A stretch of DNA of 63,672 bases, the filler included, from Choristocarpus tenellus KU-1152 (Eukaryota > Protista > Phaeophyceae), in the NCBI GenBank assembly GCA_964200185.2. It is 11 parts of 11 records of this genome, joined end to end, with 100 filler letters (N's around TTAATTAATTAA, not from the genome) between each part and the next. Parts side by side here need not be neighbours in the genome. Positions count along the whole stretch, not along the records: positions 1 to 8,846 come from CAXNAD020004264.1; positions 8,947 to 15,024 come from CAXNAD020008996.1; 9 more parts are not named here. One strand, 5' to 3'. Positions 1-12,029 of this stretch are shown here, one piece after another. The stretch's first letter is position 1, and each line of letters starts with the position of its first letter. Below the pieces are notes generated by a model that worked only from the letters and a program-made list of their open reading frames with translations, ran no database searches and was not told where the DNA came from. Position numbers and translations under genes: made by a program.

Positions 1-119
1 TTTGGGTGATTTGGTTGCATACGTCGGATGGATACTGTAAATGCACTTTTCCTGATTTTGATCCAAATGGACACCCTGGTCTAGACCCCCCCCTCCCCCC
101 CTCTCAGATACTTTGGGTC
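1..119 (+). mobile_element. MITE family A, 3' part
   Basis: TTTGGGTGATTTGGTTGCATACGTCGGATG...CCAAATGGACACC...CAGATACTTTGGGTC matches the full copies. Confidence 0.9.
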
Positions 120-1564
120 ATCACTAACATAAAAAGATGTTCCATCACGGCCTGGCGGCAACCGCACCTCTTCCAACTTCAACTGCCCCAGACTTTGCAC
201 CTCAGATGATGCGAAATATTCTATGTACAGAAATTTGTGTCGTTTCAATGGTTGCCACGTGACTGCTCCATGCCAAGAGTACCGTGAATTGTACCGTGAT
301 ATAAGCTTACCCTGCAGGGACCCAGAAGAACTGGAAGAGCATATTGGTCATTCCTTCGCTTGGTAAGTGGTGTCACCAGTCGACCATGCAATGGATTTGG
401 TCAAGGGGGGAGAGGTCAAGGAGCTGTGGGGTGGCTGACCCAACAATCGAGATGCACAGCAGATTTATAGTGTCCAGAGAGGCGAGGGTCAGATGTCCAT
501 TAAGGGCCTGTGTGACCCTGCCATGATTTCCCTGTCTTACGAGTTAATGTGCTAGAAGTAAGGGCGAATTTCTTCATCTGAACGCAATTTCCATTTCCAT
601 TCCCTTTCCTGAACCAAATTCGAAGGAAATTCGCTCACTAAACGGGCATCAAACTAAGGTATATTACAGCGCGCCATTGAGCCCCAAATGGACAATATGG
701 CCTCCCCTAGCATACTATGGTCTAGCACACTCAGAGTGTTCTCACGCTACCAAAGAGTGTACTGCTTCACCAAGAAGGGGATGGTGATGCAGAACGTGCT
801 TATTAAGTTACAGCGAAGAGTGAGTCCTATCCATAAGGGGGGGTAGTTCCTAGTCTCCATAATCACGCTTTCACACAATTCGGCAGATCACCAACTGAAA
901 CATTTCCTAGGATGTTTCTAAAACATTACTACATTCCAGTGTCCTGATCCATCGCAATTTTATCTATACTACACACATTATCTCGCTACGTACATAACTA
1001 CTACTATATATATATTAATAGCAACATTTACTGTGTACATTACTTCAGAGCGTCTCCTTATGTAAACACAGGGGTAGCGCCAATTTTTTGTAGAGCAGTT
1101 GTAGTATATCTTGAGTCCGCAGGTCAGGCTAGTTCGAGCTTGTCTTTGAGGTAAAAATAGTGGAAAGTATCTTTCAAAGAACAAGAAGAAGAAGCTTGTT
1201 GCAGGTCTTGATGTGGGGATATTTTCGTATAATTATAATGGTTTGATGGACCAAGAATATTTTCGTATCTTATCACTCTACCACCCTATAGTTTGTAGAA
1301 GTATCAAGATCAAATTCACAAAGGCGTAAGTGCGTGGCATTGAACAATTCCACTGTTATCCTCTGACAAGATGTACGATATCTAACCCTAACCCTAACTA
1401 AATCTAACCCTTTTCACAACTTTATCTTTTGTGAAAATTATTGGATGGACCAATTACGTGGCGACATTGTTGTGATAAATGACTAACGATCTTGGCGGCC
1501 ATTTTGTTGCAGATCAACCATTTGAGCATGTATTCAGATCTTTCAAGACCTTTTATGCTATTTT

Positions 1565-1827
1565 GGGTGAGAACATTTAAGGGGGTAGGGTCGCGTCCGT
1601 TTGGGGTTTAATATCCAATGTTGCGATTTTGATGTAATTTTGGCCATCTTTTTCGTTAGCAAGTGTCAATATATTTGTTCCAGATACACCTTCCATGGTC
1701 TTACACATTTCACCTACTCTTAAATGCTTCAAAAAAACTAAAAAGGGCATCAAAAAAAAAAATGGGAAGCCAAGCCCCAAACGAACAAACAGGGCAAAAC
1801 CCCTACCCTCTTAAATGTTGTCGGGTC
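1565..1827 (-). mobile_element. MITE family B (about 260 bp)
   Basis: Reverse-oriented copy with TIR variant AACATTTAAG(G/A)GGGTAGGG and TTT on both flanks. Confidence 0.85.
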
Positions 1828-2030
1828 TTTGTCTTAAATATCAGTTAAGTACATTTGGTGCATGTCTCCTGGCCCAGAGTGTCATGCCGATCCTGAGTGC
1901 AGTACCCCTGTGCAATGGTCCAAGAATCGATCATTTGGGTTTAGTCTAACTTGAGATTGATCCTACCGTTTTTGGGGGGGGCACTTTAACTTTGTCTATT
2001 ATAGCTCTCGGTGTATATATATTTGTATCT

Positions 2031-2328
2031 GACCCAAAGCATTTAAGAGGTAGGAATTTTGACCTGTTTGTTCGGGTCTTGGTTTCCCAGGGTTTTTCCG
2101 GTTTTCTGTGTGAATATAGTTGCCTAAAATGTATACGACTATGAAAGGTGCATCCAGAGCAAGGATATTGGCACTTACCCGGGTCAAAAACGGACGCCAC
2201 CACACACCCCCAGATACTTTGACCCACTTGCTATCATACTCGATAACCAAAATTAGTCAACATTGCGACATTGGATTTATGATCCCGAACGGATGCGGCC
2301 CTCCCTACCCTCTTAATTGCTTTGACTC
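2031..2328 (+). mobile_element. MITE family B, TSD ATCT, with a nested 49-bp insert
   Basis: ATCT at 2027-2030 and 2329-2332. The insert at 2177-2225 is absent from the other copies. Confidence 0.85.
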
Positions 2329-5300
2329 ATCTATTTGTGTAGTGTATGGATCTTCCTATAATAACAAAACTGGAAGGGTTTAGTGTGTCAGAGCTCATCA
2401 AGTCCTTTGCATCTCCTGCGGCCATTCTGCCATAGAAACGATCTGAAACAATCAAGTATGCATCTATATTGTCAAATGAACCTGCCTTAAGGTATGGTCT
2501 TTCTGAGAACGATCATCACTACATACACATTATACATGGCATGTTGCTATCTAGCGCGATGTTGGACCTCATACTAACATTTTGCTATTGAAGAGTTTCA
2601 TGCCTGGCCAGTTGGACATGATATTGAAAGAACAATTCTCGCAGAGTGACCACCATGGAGTTGTGCCATCAGGGAACTATGGTGTTGTGAAGCTTGCAAT
2701 GAGTGTAAAGATGGCTTGTTTGAGTAGAATATAGTCATGCAGAAAGAGATGAGGTGCATGAAGAAACCTTCCATCGCATGTTGGTGGTTGGCGATGGGAG
2801 TTTGTCTCAACCAAACCGTTGATTAAGCTGTCTTGTGTTGAAATTCTTCGAGATCAGCGCGCTCTTTTTCATTTATATATTGCAGTATAAATATGTGTGT
2901 GTGTCTGCCACCAGCAAGGCACTTGATTTGTGGGGTAGAGGCACACTGGCGCTGAGAGCACTTGCTAAGGAATCTAATATTTGGTTCTCTGTGTAACAAT
3001 TGGTGGTGAGCGACACACTTTGTGCACCAATATTGTCTGTGTATTATACTCGCAGCTTCAAAATACGTTTCATTTATGTTGAAACGTTTTCTAATCCTGG
3101 TGACAGTTTCGGAGTGAAAATCTCAGAAAAAGTCAGGCATATGCTTGAAACAGTTTGAATCCAACAAACACATAGTTAATGTTTCACAGCTCTGATGCTT
3201 CTCCTTGAGCCAACCACTTCCAGAGGAGGTAGCCGTGGTTGTATGTTTGGAGGGAGTATCTTCTCATTTAGCACATGTACCACCTCGACACTTCTGGCAG
3301 ATGATGCGTTCATGTGTCAGAACAGCCACAGAAGGGTGTATGCAGCCCCCACTTGCTGCTCACCAATACAGCAATAAACAAGCAAGCGTGTACAGTATCC
3401 CACTGTTGCCGTTACACTTTCGAATCCACCCCACACTATTTTCAGCACAAGAACCAGTTCAAAGTTCTCTCGGAATTAGACTCTGGTGCCCCATGAAAAC
3501 TTTGAAACTTGTATAGTATTTCTTTGCATTAATGTCATCTTGACCACTCCGACTCTACCCAGTCTTATCCAAGATATGAAATGCATGGTGGAATCACAGT
3601 ATCTAGGTGGTGTATGACCTTAGCAAAACCTTCTTTGCCTATAGATCAGTTCTGTTTTAAGGACTCCTTCCCTGGCGTTTTGATTGAAGAGTCTCTCCCT
3701 CAAGTTGCCTTCTGCACATAGGTATTATATATAGGTAGCCCTTATAAGCGTCTATCATACATGCTTTGGACTCTGTATCCATTCTTCCACGTGAGACCCA
3801 TATCATGACAAGGATGTCAAGCTCTACTGGCTTGGTTGGTTGTGTACACTGAGGTTGTGTACCTTCTCACTGGAGTGCAAGATCTTCCCTACCATTCCTC
3901 AACTTCAGCGAGTCCATCGTCTCTCCACCCCCTCCAGATGCCCCTTGTGCCAGTTAGATAATGCTGATTGTTGGCATGACTTAAGTCAAGAGAGTGTTGA
4001 GAAGTAGTGATACCCCCTTCTCTAGGCCCCAGTATGCACCAACTCTTGAAAATGGTCACTAGAGATTGTGGTTGAAGCTGGAGCAAAGTAGTGGACATTC
4101 CCACCTCAAACTTAGTTGCTGCATGAGAATAGGGGAATGATGGTGCCTCTGTCGTGACAGACTCTTGCCATCCAGCAACATACAACACATTGCAATGGCA
4201 CTGTTACACAAGTATGGTTCACAGAGACGATTTTTATCATTTCGATCTCTGCCTTATTATACAACTACCTTGATTGTCACCGCGCTTGTTGCCATTGATA
4301 ATCCCGGCTAGGTTTAGGAATAATTAACTCTAGGATCCTCTGTACTTCCGAGTATATGGCAAGACGTTTCATTTGATGATCGCGCTATAGAAGGACTATA
4401 AATGCCAAGGGAGTCTAGAGATCACCACAAGGAACTTCTCTCAACAACAATTTTTTACCCTCCAAAGGAAAACCTATCTAGACCAAAAAGCATATATATC
4501 TTGGATGTGTGCCTTCAGAACGCTGGAGATATCATGACTTATCGTCTGTGTTCCCTCAAAATCTGTACTCATTCCTGGCTTTCGACCGTTTTTCACGAAA
4601 GGGCAATGTGTGCTGCCAATCAAAGACCCTCACTAGCCTCTCACTCCCACCCACCAAAATGCCGGTCAGTCGCGGGAAGGTAGGGGTATCAACACAAAAA
4701 GGGTGAACACACAAGTATCTGAGAATGCCGCTAGGACCAATGGGAAGTGCAAGAGGTCTTTGGACCATGTACCTGCCGAAAAGGAACACAGAGAGGAGGG
4801 GTCGGAGCAGTGTAAGGAGAGGTCCCTCAGGATAAGCCAGGTGTGAGTCAAGTGTCATGTGGAAATGCTCGGAGCTAAAAACTTTGATTTTGTGGGTTAG
4901 GGCTAGGGAAGGGAAGAGAATGGAGAAAAATAGACAGTATAGCAATGTTTCAATTTGTATGATCCAGATGGATGTTGATTGGGAGCGTTTGGGGAGAAAG
5001 GACGAAGTGCTATCGAAGCTGCGGTCAAATGTTTTGTACCATTTAACGCAAGATAATCTTGTGTTCTCCTGTAGAATGGTTCAAATTTTGGTGGAAGCTC
5101 CAATAACTTTTCGTCATTTTTTCTAAAGTTTCCTCAACCAAGATCCTTGTGTCTCATTATCTGTTCCTCCCACATGCTGCCCAAGAACACCAGTTGCCCT
5201 GTCGTTTTCTACACAGACAATGCTCCAGCTGTGGTTGTTGGAGCATGGTCATCCTTGGTGAAGGTTGTGGAGATGTTAACAATATCTTTCCATTTGTAGG

Positions 5301-5621
5301 ATTTGTAGGGACAGTATCGCCTCCTGCATGACGCACCAGAAAGAGACCCTGGTCTACTAGGTTGTTCAAGGAAGAGGGTGCAAAAAGTTGTATCTGCGAG
5401 CACTTGGGACGAAATCACTCAAGTTTTGTGTGCTAGGACAAAGGTACCCTGTTGATCTGCTTCCTGGACTACTGGTAGGTCAAAATCTACCTTGCTCTAT
5501 CAAAATCTACATGGATGGAGCGATCTCAATGAACAAAAGTCCTGCTACAGCTGGAACTGATATGGGTTTGTCCAAGTGCATTTTTTCGAGTGGTTGTTGT
5601 TAATAGGTTTTATCTTGTTTG

Positions 5622-5687
5622 CATCAATCAGTACAGAATCTGTCATCAATCAGTACAGAATCTGTCATCAATCAGTACAGAATCTGT
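5622..5687. repeat. 22-bp perfect tandem repeat, three copies
   Basis: (CATCAATCAGTACAGAATCTGT)3. Confidence 0.95.
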
Positions 5688-5842
5688 CCTAAGGATGTTT
5701 CTCGGTGTGGAGGCACCTGTTGGACACCCTAAACGTGCCACAAGACTCCTTTCCAGGGATAAAACTGTTCCACTTCAGAGGCGTGTACGGTCACGTTGAT
5801 GCCCGGAAGAATCAAACAATTGGTCTAAAATATTGGACATCA

Positions 5843-6104
5843 GGGTGAAAGTATCTTGAAGGATACGAGTTTTGCCCTGTTTGTCGATTTGGGTCTTGGC
5901 TTCCCATATAGGATTTTCGTATGACATTTTACTCACTCCGAAATGTTTCAAAGTAGGAAAAATGTGTATGTTATGAAAAGGTGTGTCTGGAACAAGGATG
6001 TTGATACTTCCTAACAAACACGATAGCCAAATTATATCAAAATCGCAACATTGGATTTTAGCCTCCACACGGACGCAGTTCTACCCTCTAAGATAAATTG
6101 ACTC
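5843..6104 (+). mobile_element. MITE family B
   Basis: Collinear with the other copies. Flanks ATCA/GTCA. Confidence 0.9.
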
Positions 6105-6902
6105 GTCAAATATATCACGATGAATTGGATCCAGCTAATTTTATTTGGCACCAGTTCACAACTCTGCTTTTGATAGGCCTAATCCAGCAACGTAATTCGA
6201 GTTGTATTAACACAGAAATGTGACAGTTTCAGCGTTTATGTTGCTGTTGGGCATTATCCTCGATAGAAAAGCACCTGCTGTCAGAGTCCCTCTTGGCTAC
6301 TGTTAGCTTGATCGATGCAGTTGAAGTATCTTTGGCATCTGCGAGGTGGGACCTTTCTCACAAACTACCCCACAGTACAGTGCAGCATGCTCAGGACATC
6401 AAGATCTTTCTTCTTCTGCTTCCAAGCTACATAATTGAACGATTGATTAGCTATTAGAGGGAAATATTTGAATTTGTTATTGTGGTGTGCACAAACTGAA
6501 TAATACACCCCACTTGATAACACGACGGAGATCCCCTCGATTTTCATAATCACATTTTTCCCACCTCATTTGCGCCTTCCTCCCACCACATCGTGATACC
6601 TCCCTCTCGCACCCACGTCTCTGCTGCAAGATCCTTCAATCTGTGCCACCCCAGGACTTCACTTCGGTCCGTTTCCTGTCCGGTTCCGGCCGAAATGTCT
6701 TGGAAGTGCCTGCATTGCACATCCTCATCCCAGGAAACGTAGAAGAAGTGACAAGGGGAGAGGGAGTGGGTGTCGGAAGAACTGATGGGGGAAATCCCCA
6801 TGCACAAGGTAAGACAGGAAGGGGATAAGTGGGTGCTACCAAGGGATAAAGCAGGTTGAAAACGTAGATTTGCTCGGGTAGCGATTGGAATGTAGTAATT
6901 AG

Positions 6903-7161
6903 GAGCCAAAGTATCTTAGAGGGTACAAGTTTTTCCCTGTTTGTCCATTTGGGGCTTGGATCCCCACGGGATTTTAATGACATTTTACCTACTCCAGAAT
7001 GTTTCGGAGTAGGTAAAATGTGTATGTTATGAAAAAGATGTGTCCGGAAGAAGAATATTGACGTCTCCTAACAAACATGATGGCCAAGATTACATCAAAT
7101 TGCAACATTGAATTTTGGCCTACAATTGGGCGCGATTTTACCTTCTAAGGTACTTTGGCTC
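6903..7161 (+). mobile_element. MITE family B
   Basis: TIRs GAGCCAAAGTATCTTAGAGG / CCTTCTAAGGTACTTTGGCTC. Confidence 0.9.
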
Positions 7162-8658
7162 TATGTTCATTCTGTTTTTGATGGATCGATTATGTGCACA
7201 ACTTCAGTGCCCTCTATGTACATCTAAGTTCAACTGCAATCTCGCACCCAACAATGGTGGGGATACAAGAATGGTCCTATCAAGCCACAAGTATTGTTAT
7301 CATGGCCTTAATCAATTCTCTCTCGTTGTTTCTGCATTACAAGAGAGAGGTGACTTTCTACTCGTGGGTACTCCTCATGTATCTGCTTGTTAAGTAGGTC
7401 AACTGCATTAGCCACAAGACTATGCAGTGGTGAGTGAATATGTAGCATAGAACCCACTTTAAGCTCTACGACTATAGACTCGACAAACTATTCTCATGAT
7501 TCCAATAACTACTGTTTTGTGCTACATTGTACTGTATGGTGCTTTCGAGTGCACGAAAACTGCGCCACTTGGAGCAAGGTGTAGCACCCAGGAGTCGATA
7601 CAGTACCTAATATTATTGGAGTAGTTGCCATGATTCCCAGCACTCTTTAGAGGGTTAGGATTAGAAAAAAGTGAGATCCACCTGCACGTGAGGGAAAATC
7701 CTTTTACTGAACCCACCTTGTCATCAATTACTCATTCCATTGGTCAACAAACATCATTCACTCTTTATCTTACATTTACCGCTTGCTCTTTTTTCTACAT
7801 TTTTTCTTTTTGCTCCTTGCTTCTTGTATTTACTTGATCGGAAGTACAGCACCAATTATCTGTTGGCTATCATACCAAAATGTCCATAACGCACAGCAGG
7901 TAACACACTTGTCGATAACTGTAAAGACAGATCCACCAACTCACCTACCAATCCACCCATTCTTCCACCTATTCAACAATCTATTGGGACCAACGTTGTA
8001 GTGAGATTCTCTGTAAACAGTGGCCAATGCAGCGCCAATCAAGGGGAAGTGGAGCCTAGTCTGCGAAAGGGGCAAGGGCTGGAATCGACCCTGACAGAAT
8101 GGGGAGTAGTACCCCATGTCGCTCTCGGTATCTGTCGAAAAAGTCCAACATTAGTGCCAAAAACGACATCAGCTCAACTGAGGGTTGGGGATAGACTTCT
8201 ACCACAGGGAGAGAACAGGCGAGGCCAATTCAGTGTTCTGAGACAACTATGGGCGAACAAGTTGTAGAGATATGGATGAGATAGGGGTGGGGAGGGTGGA
8301 TGCAGTGGACAAAAAACCGTTTCATTTCAAAATATTAATGTGATAGTGATGGGGGGTCCAGGGGTTGAAGCAATTGATGAAGATGACTTGCTGGTAGACA
8401 GACTCTCTACCACCATGGCTTATCTTTAACAGATAATTTAGCCCATGGGATATCCAATACTTGTTTTGCAAGGTGGATTTTCAACACCATGTAATTTTGA
8501 CTGTTTTATTGTGGCTTCAAAGTTCTTCGAAGTCTTCTTTAAAAATATACTGCTTACATAAGAGAATATTCCTAAAATGATTGTAGTATTGAGTATGTCT
8601 AGCCCCATAATGATAGATTATCATCAAAACCAAACTTTTTGTGCAAAAAAGTCTGCTG

Positions 8659-8722
8659 TCGATGGGGTATGAACCTGACGTATTTTGTTGGTAGGCCTCA
8701 CCTTAACCACTGTGCCGTGAGG
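8659..8722 (-). other. tRNA-like Pol III promoter relic (SINE head or tRNA pseudogene)
   Basis: Minus strand GGCACAGTGGTTAAGG (A box-like) ... GGTTCATACCCC (B box-like) at tRNA spacing. No convincing cloverleaf. Confidence 0.4.
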
Positions 8723-8846
8723 TGGTTTCGCAACCAATATGCCCACTGACCACTCAATCAACTCCATAATTTTCAACCTAATTTTTGAAGAATAAGCTCA
8801 TTGGATGACAGTAACCTATCATGGTGTATGACCCAAAGTATCTGGG

Positions 8847-8946
8847 NNNNNNNNNNNNNNNNNNNNNNNNNNNNNNNNNNNNNNNNNNNNTTAATTAATT
8901 AANNNNNNNNNNNNNNNNNNNNNNNNNNNNNNNNNNNNNNNNNNNN
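8847..8946. other. Artificial contig spacer N44-TTAATTAATTAA-N44 (first of ten)
   Basis: Identical 100-bp spacers at 8847-8946, 15025-15124, 19965-20064, 26580-26679, 31848-31947, 40103-40202, 43535-43634, 48835-48934, 53550-53649 and 56407-56506. The core puts stop codons in all six frames. Confidence 0.98.
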
Positions 8947-9199
8947 AGGGAAGGCATGGTGTTGATCCGGGCGGCTTTGTGTTTTGTGGGGAGGGGGGGC
9001 GGAAAATTCCCGATTTCCGTTGACCAAAAAATCTGACGTCAGTGGAGCAGTTTGGTGTTGGCATACTTTACATCAATAGCATAAGAGGATTCAAAAATAC
9101 CACCAGTAGTTTATTTTGTAAACATACCCTACCACCAATTTAACAGGGGTCCTGTCTTACCCCTTGTAGAGCTCTGATGCAAAAACGTATAGAACCAAC

Positions 9200-10400
9200 A
9201 GCAGTTACCAACCAAGGTAGTCTGGATTGCCAAATGCAACACTGTGGATGTTTCTCCTTCCTAGCCTTGCTGGAAGGTGCACCCCAATTGCTTTGAAAGT
9301 ACTTTGTTGTACGACCCTGGATGCACCTGACACCAACTTCTCACTACAACCTACATATTCCTAGATGGTACTTAATGTAAGAGTACACACAAAGTCCTAA
9401 CGCTTATTTTCCCTGTATTTAGTGACATGCTGGATTACTTCCATTCCTGTCTGTATGCTCTGACATAGTCTTTTTTTGACAACCATGTAACCTTGTGACA
9501 ATACTCACAGGTTTTTGTAATGAAGTGTTTTTTCTGCTGCACTTCTGTGACATCATCTTCGTTCATCTACAGGCGAAACAACACCCTCTTGACCATGATC
9601 TCTCCAGTCATATGCACAATAGCCACAGAGCAATCAGCTCAACAATGACAATACTGTCCAGGTCCTTCTCTTATCCTTCCGAACACCTAACCCATTCCCA
9701 TTGAACGGCAGCAGGTACTTTAAGGAAGATAGTGCAGGACAGACAGGGGCAAGGAATAAACTGGTGGCAGGGTACATGAGGCTTAAACTGAACATTACTG
9801 ATGGAATACCTCTAGATGACGTGGATGACATGGACTCTTGGATGGGGGTCACTACACTGGATAAGGTGGGCAAAGGAGGGCACCTGGATTCCGCATGGTT
9901 GTGTCTCAGTAAGTTATTGATACCCTCTATTCTACTGAAAGACAGCAAATACCGGTTTTTCAGCACACCTTGAAAGTGACACTATGATTAGAGGGCCTCG
10001 ATGTTGCATCTCCAATGCCTAGTGCTGCTGTGATAGCGAAGACTTGCTTTGTTACTGGTGGCGAAAAGATTGAGCTCCTAAGGCAAGTTCTATGGTTAGT
10101 GAGGTATGACTGATTTCTGAGTAGAGAGTCCTTGCTTTGCTCTGGTGTTCTCCATAATGGAGTGCATTGCAGAGAATCATCTGGTCTGTGTTAGGATGCA
10201 CTACCTCCATATTTCGAAGTAGTGCAATCTCATGCTCATTACTCCCCTGAGCTATTGCCATCGCCCCTTTTGCTGTTCTGATTGTAGAAAATCTTCTTGC
10301 ACACAGAGATTGTACAATATGTGCCTTCTTTCTTGACACAGATTCTCACAACATAACATGCTTGAAAGTTTCATAAGAGACTCCCCAATCAACCATCTAC
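9200..10400 (-). mobile_element. Possible degraded Copia gag/protease remnant
   Basis: Fragmentary ORFs with a zinc-knuckle-like RGCCFAC...C near 9540-9600. Very decayed. Confidence 0.3.
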
Positions 10401-11677
10401 TTTTTGTCAGTGAAGCTCAATAATCATCCTGAGTTCTCCCTCATAGCATCCTCTCAACATTGCTAAGAACTTGACATTTAGATTATCGTTTTGCAATTAT
10501 CCACTCCATTTAGTAGATCTGTTTTATATATTTTGGGTCTTGATGTTCTTACAGACAAGCTAAACATCTATTGTGCTGGGGAATCATCTTGTTCTCCACT
10601 CGATCCACACTACAAGGGTCGATTGATGTTGAGCATGTCATGATGCCTCAACTGTATGAACTGCAAGGTAGTGCTATGCCTCCTCTATTATTCGCATGTC
10701 TTGACCACAATTGAGGTCGTCTGTTTGCAACAGAACCTGGTGGAGTTAAATGAGACGTTAGAGACCAGTTCACATTTGTGCTTCAAGGCACGCACTCTGG
10801 GATGCATATTTACAGATTATGGCAGCTGGTGGAGGTAGATTTCATCTTACATAGCAGACACTACACCTCTCAATTTCTTCTGAACTGTGCAAATCCAAAA
10901 GAAAAACAGAGTGGAATAGGAGCTAGAAGTCATTGTATATTTATACTACGAAGAAAACTATTCCAGGTACTTGACTGAAAAATACAACAGCCCAGTTCTT
11001 TCCAGAATATCTCAGTATTTCTGTGCTGATAGATACTGACATGGTCTGGTTCTCAAGGTCAGGGCAAGTGAGGATAAATGTCCACAAGTGAGAGCGATTT
11101 GAGAGAGTAAAGTAGGGAAAAGTCATCAAGCACAGCCAAAGGATGTAGGTGGATAGTCATAGTCCCAGCCCTTGCTTCAAGGGTTAACCTGCAATCTGAT
11201 GTAGGGGGTGATGTGGCCGGGTAGTATCAAAAGGGCTCCACATCTCAGCCCTGGGAATAAGTACATCAGTAGAACCTCACCATTCAATTCATGGTAGAGT
11301 GTAGGACCGTCTGAACAAAAGCAAGAGAGGACATTCCAGTACGCAACAACTTCTCCTAAGTGTTGTAACATCTTTCCCCACAAAGAGGATATTATTTTCA
11401 GTTGTACTCCTAGGCTGCGTTTACTCTCTTGGACAAACCCTTGCGTTCATATCAGTGCATACAATATGCAACTACTTGCAGGGAATAGATTGCCCACACC
11501 TCTCCAGCAAGATAATGTGATCAAATCAAATGGGAGAGGACCCAGAGCATCTGTTGGGTACATTTCAACACATAATGCCAACAAACGTTCACCTGTGTGG
11601 ACCTACAAAGTCATTGATGTGTCATCCTTTGCACACAGAGACAGTATCATGCCGATACATAAGTGAAGTTTTACTGT

Positions 11678-11936
11678 GCATGAAGGTATCTTAGAGGGTA
11701 CGAGTTTTGCCCCGTTTGTCCATTTGGGGCTAGGCTTCCCAGGGGTTTCTTATGGCATATTATCTACTCCAAAATGTTTCGCAGTAGGTAAAATGTGTAC
11801 ATCATTAATAGTTGTGTCTGGAACAAGAACATTGAGACTTCCTAACAAACACGATAGCCAAAATCACATCAAAATCGCAACATTGAATTTTAGTCCCCAA
11901 ATGGACGCGGCTCAACCCTCTAGTACACTTTGTCTC
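11678..11936 (+). mobile_element. MITE family B
   Basis: GTATCTTAGAGGGTACGAGTTTTGCCC...AAAATCGCAACATTG...CCCCAAATGGACGCG. Confidence 0.9.
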
Positions 11937-12029
11937 TAATGGTGCTTCAATTGTAACTAATTCAAAACGAATTGAGTCTATCTGTACACGCATTCACCAC
12001 CCAACATACTTGCTATCGGGGCTCACCAG

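Noticed and set aside
2400-4200. hAT-like (ETVTR...MKRILKLR) and mariner-like (QPTKPVELDIL) relics
   Set aside because: Too degraded to delimit or assign by eye.
4556-6710. Possible minus-strand exons at about 6564-6709 and 4772 downward (and about 311-358)
   Set aside because: Plausible splice signals and open frames, but no recognisable protein and the phases do not join. Left unresolved.
8891-8902. Recurrent palindrome TTAATTAATTAA as a biological motif
   Set aside because: Always centred in exactly 44+44 Ns, so it is a synthetic contig linker.
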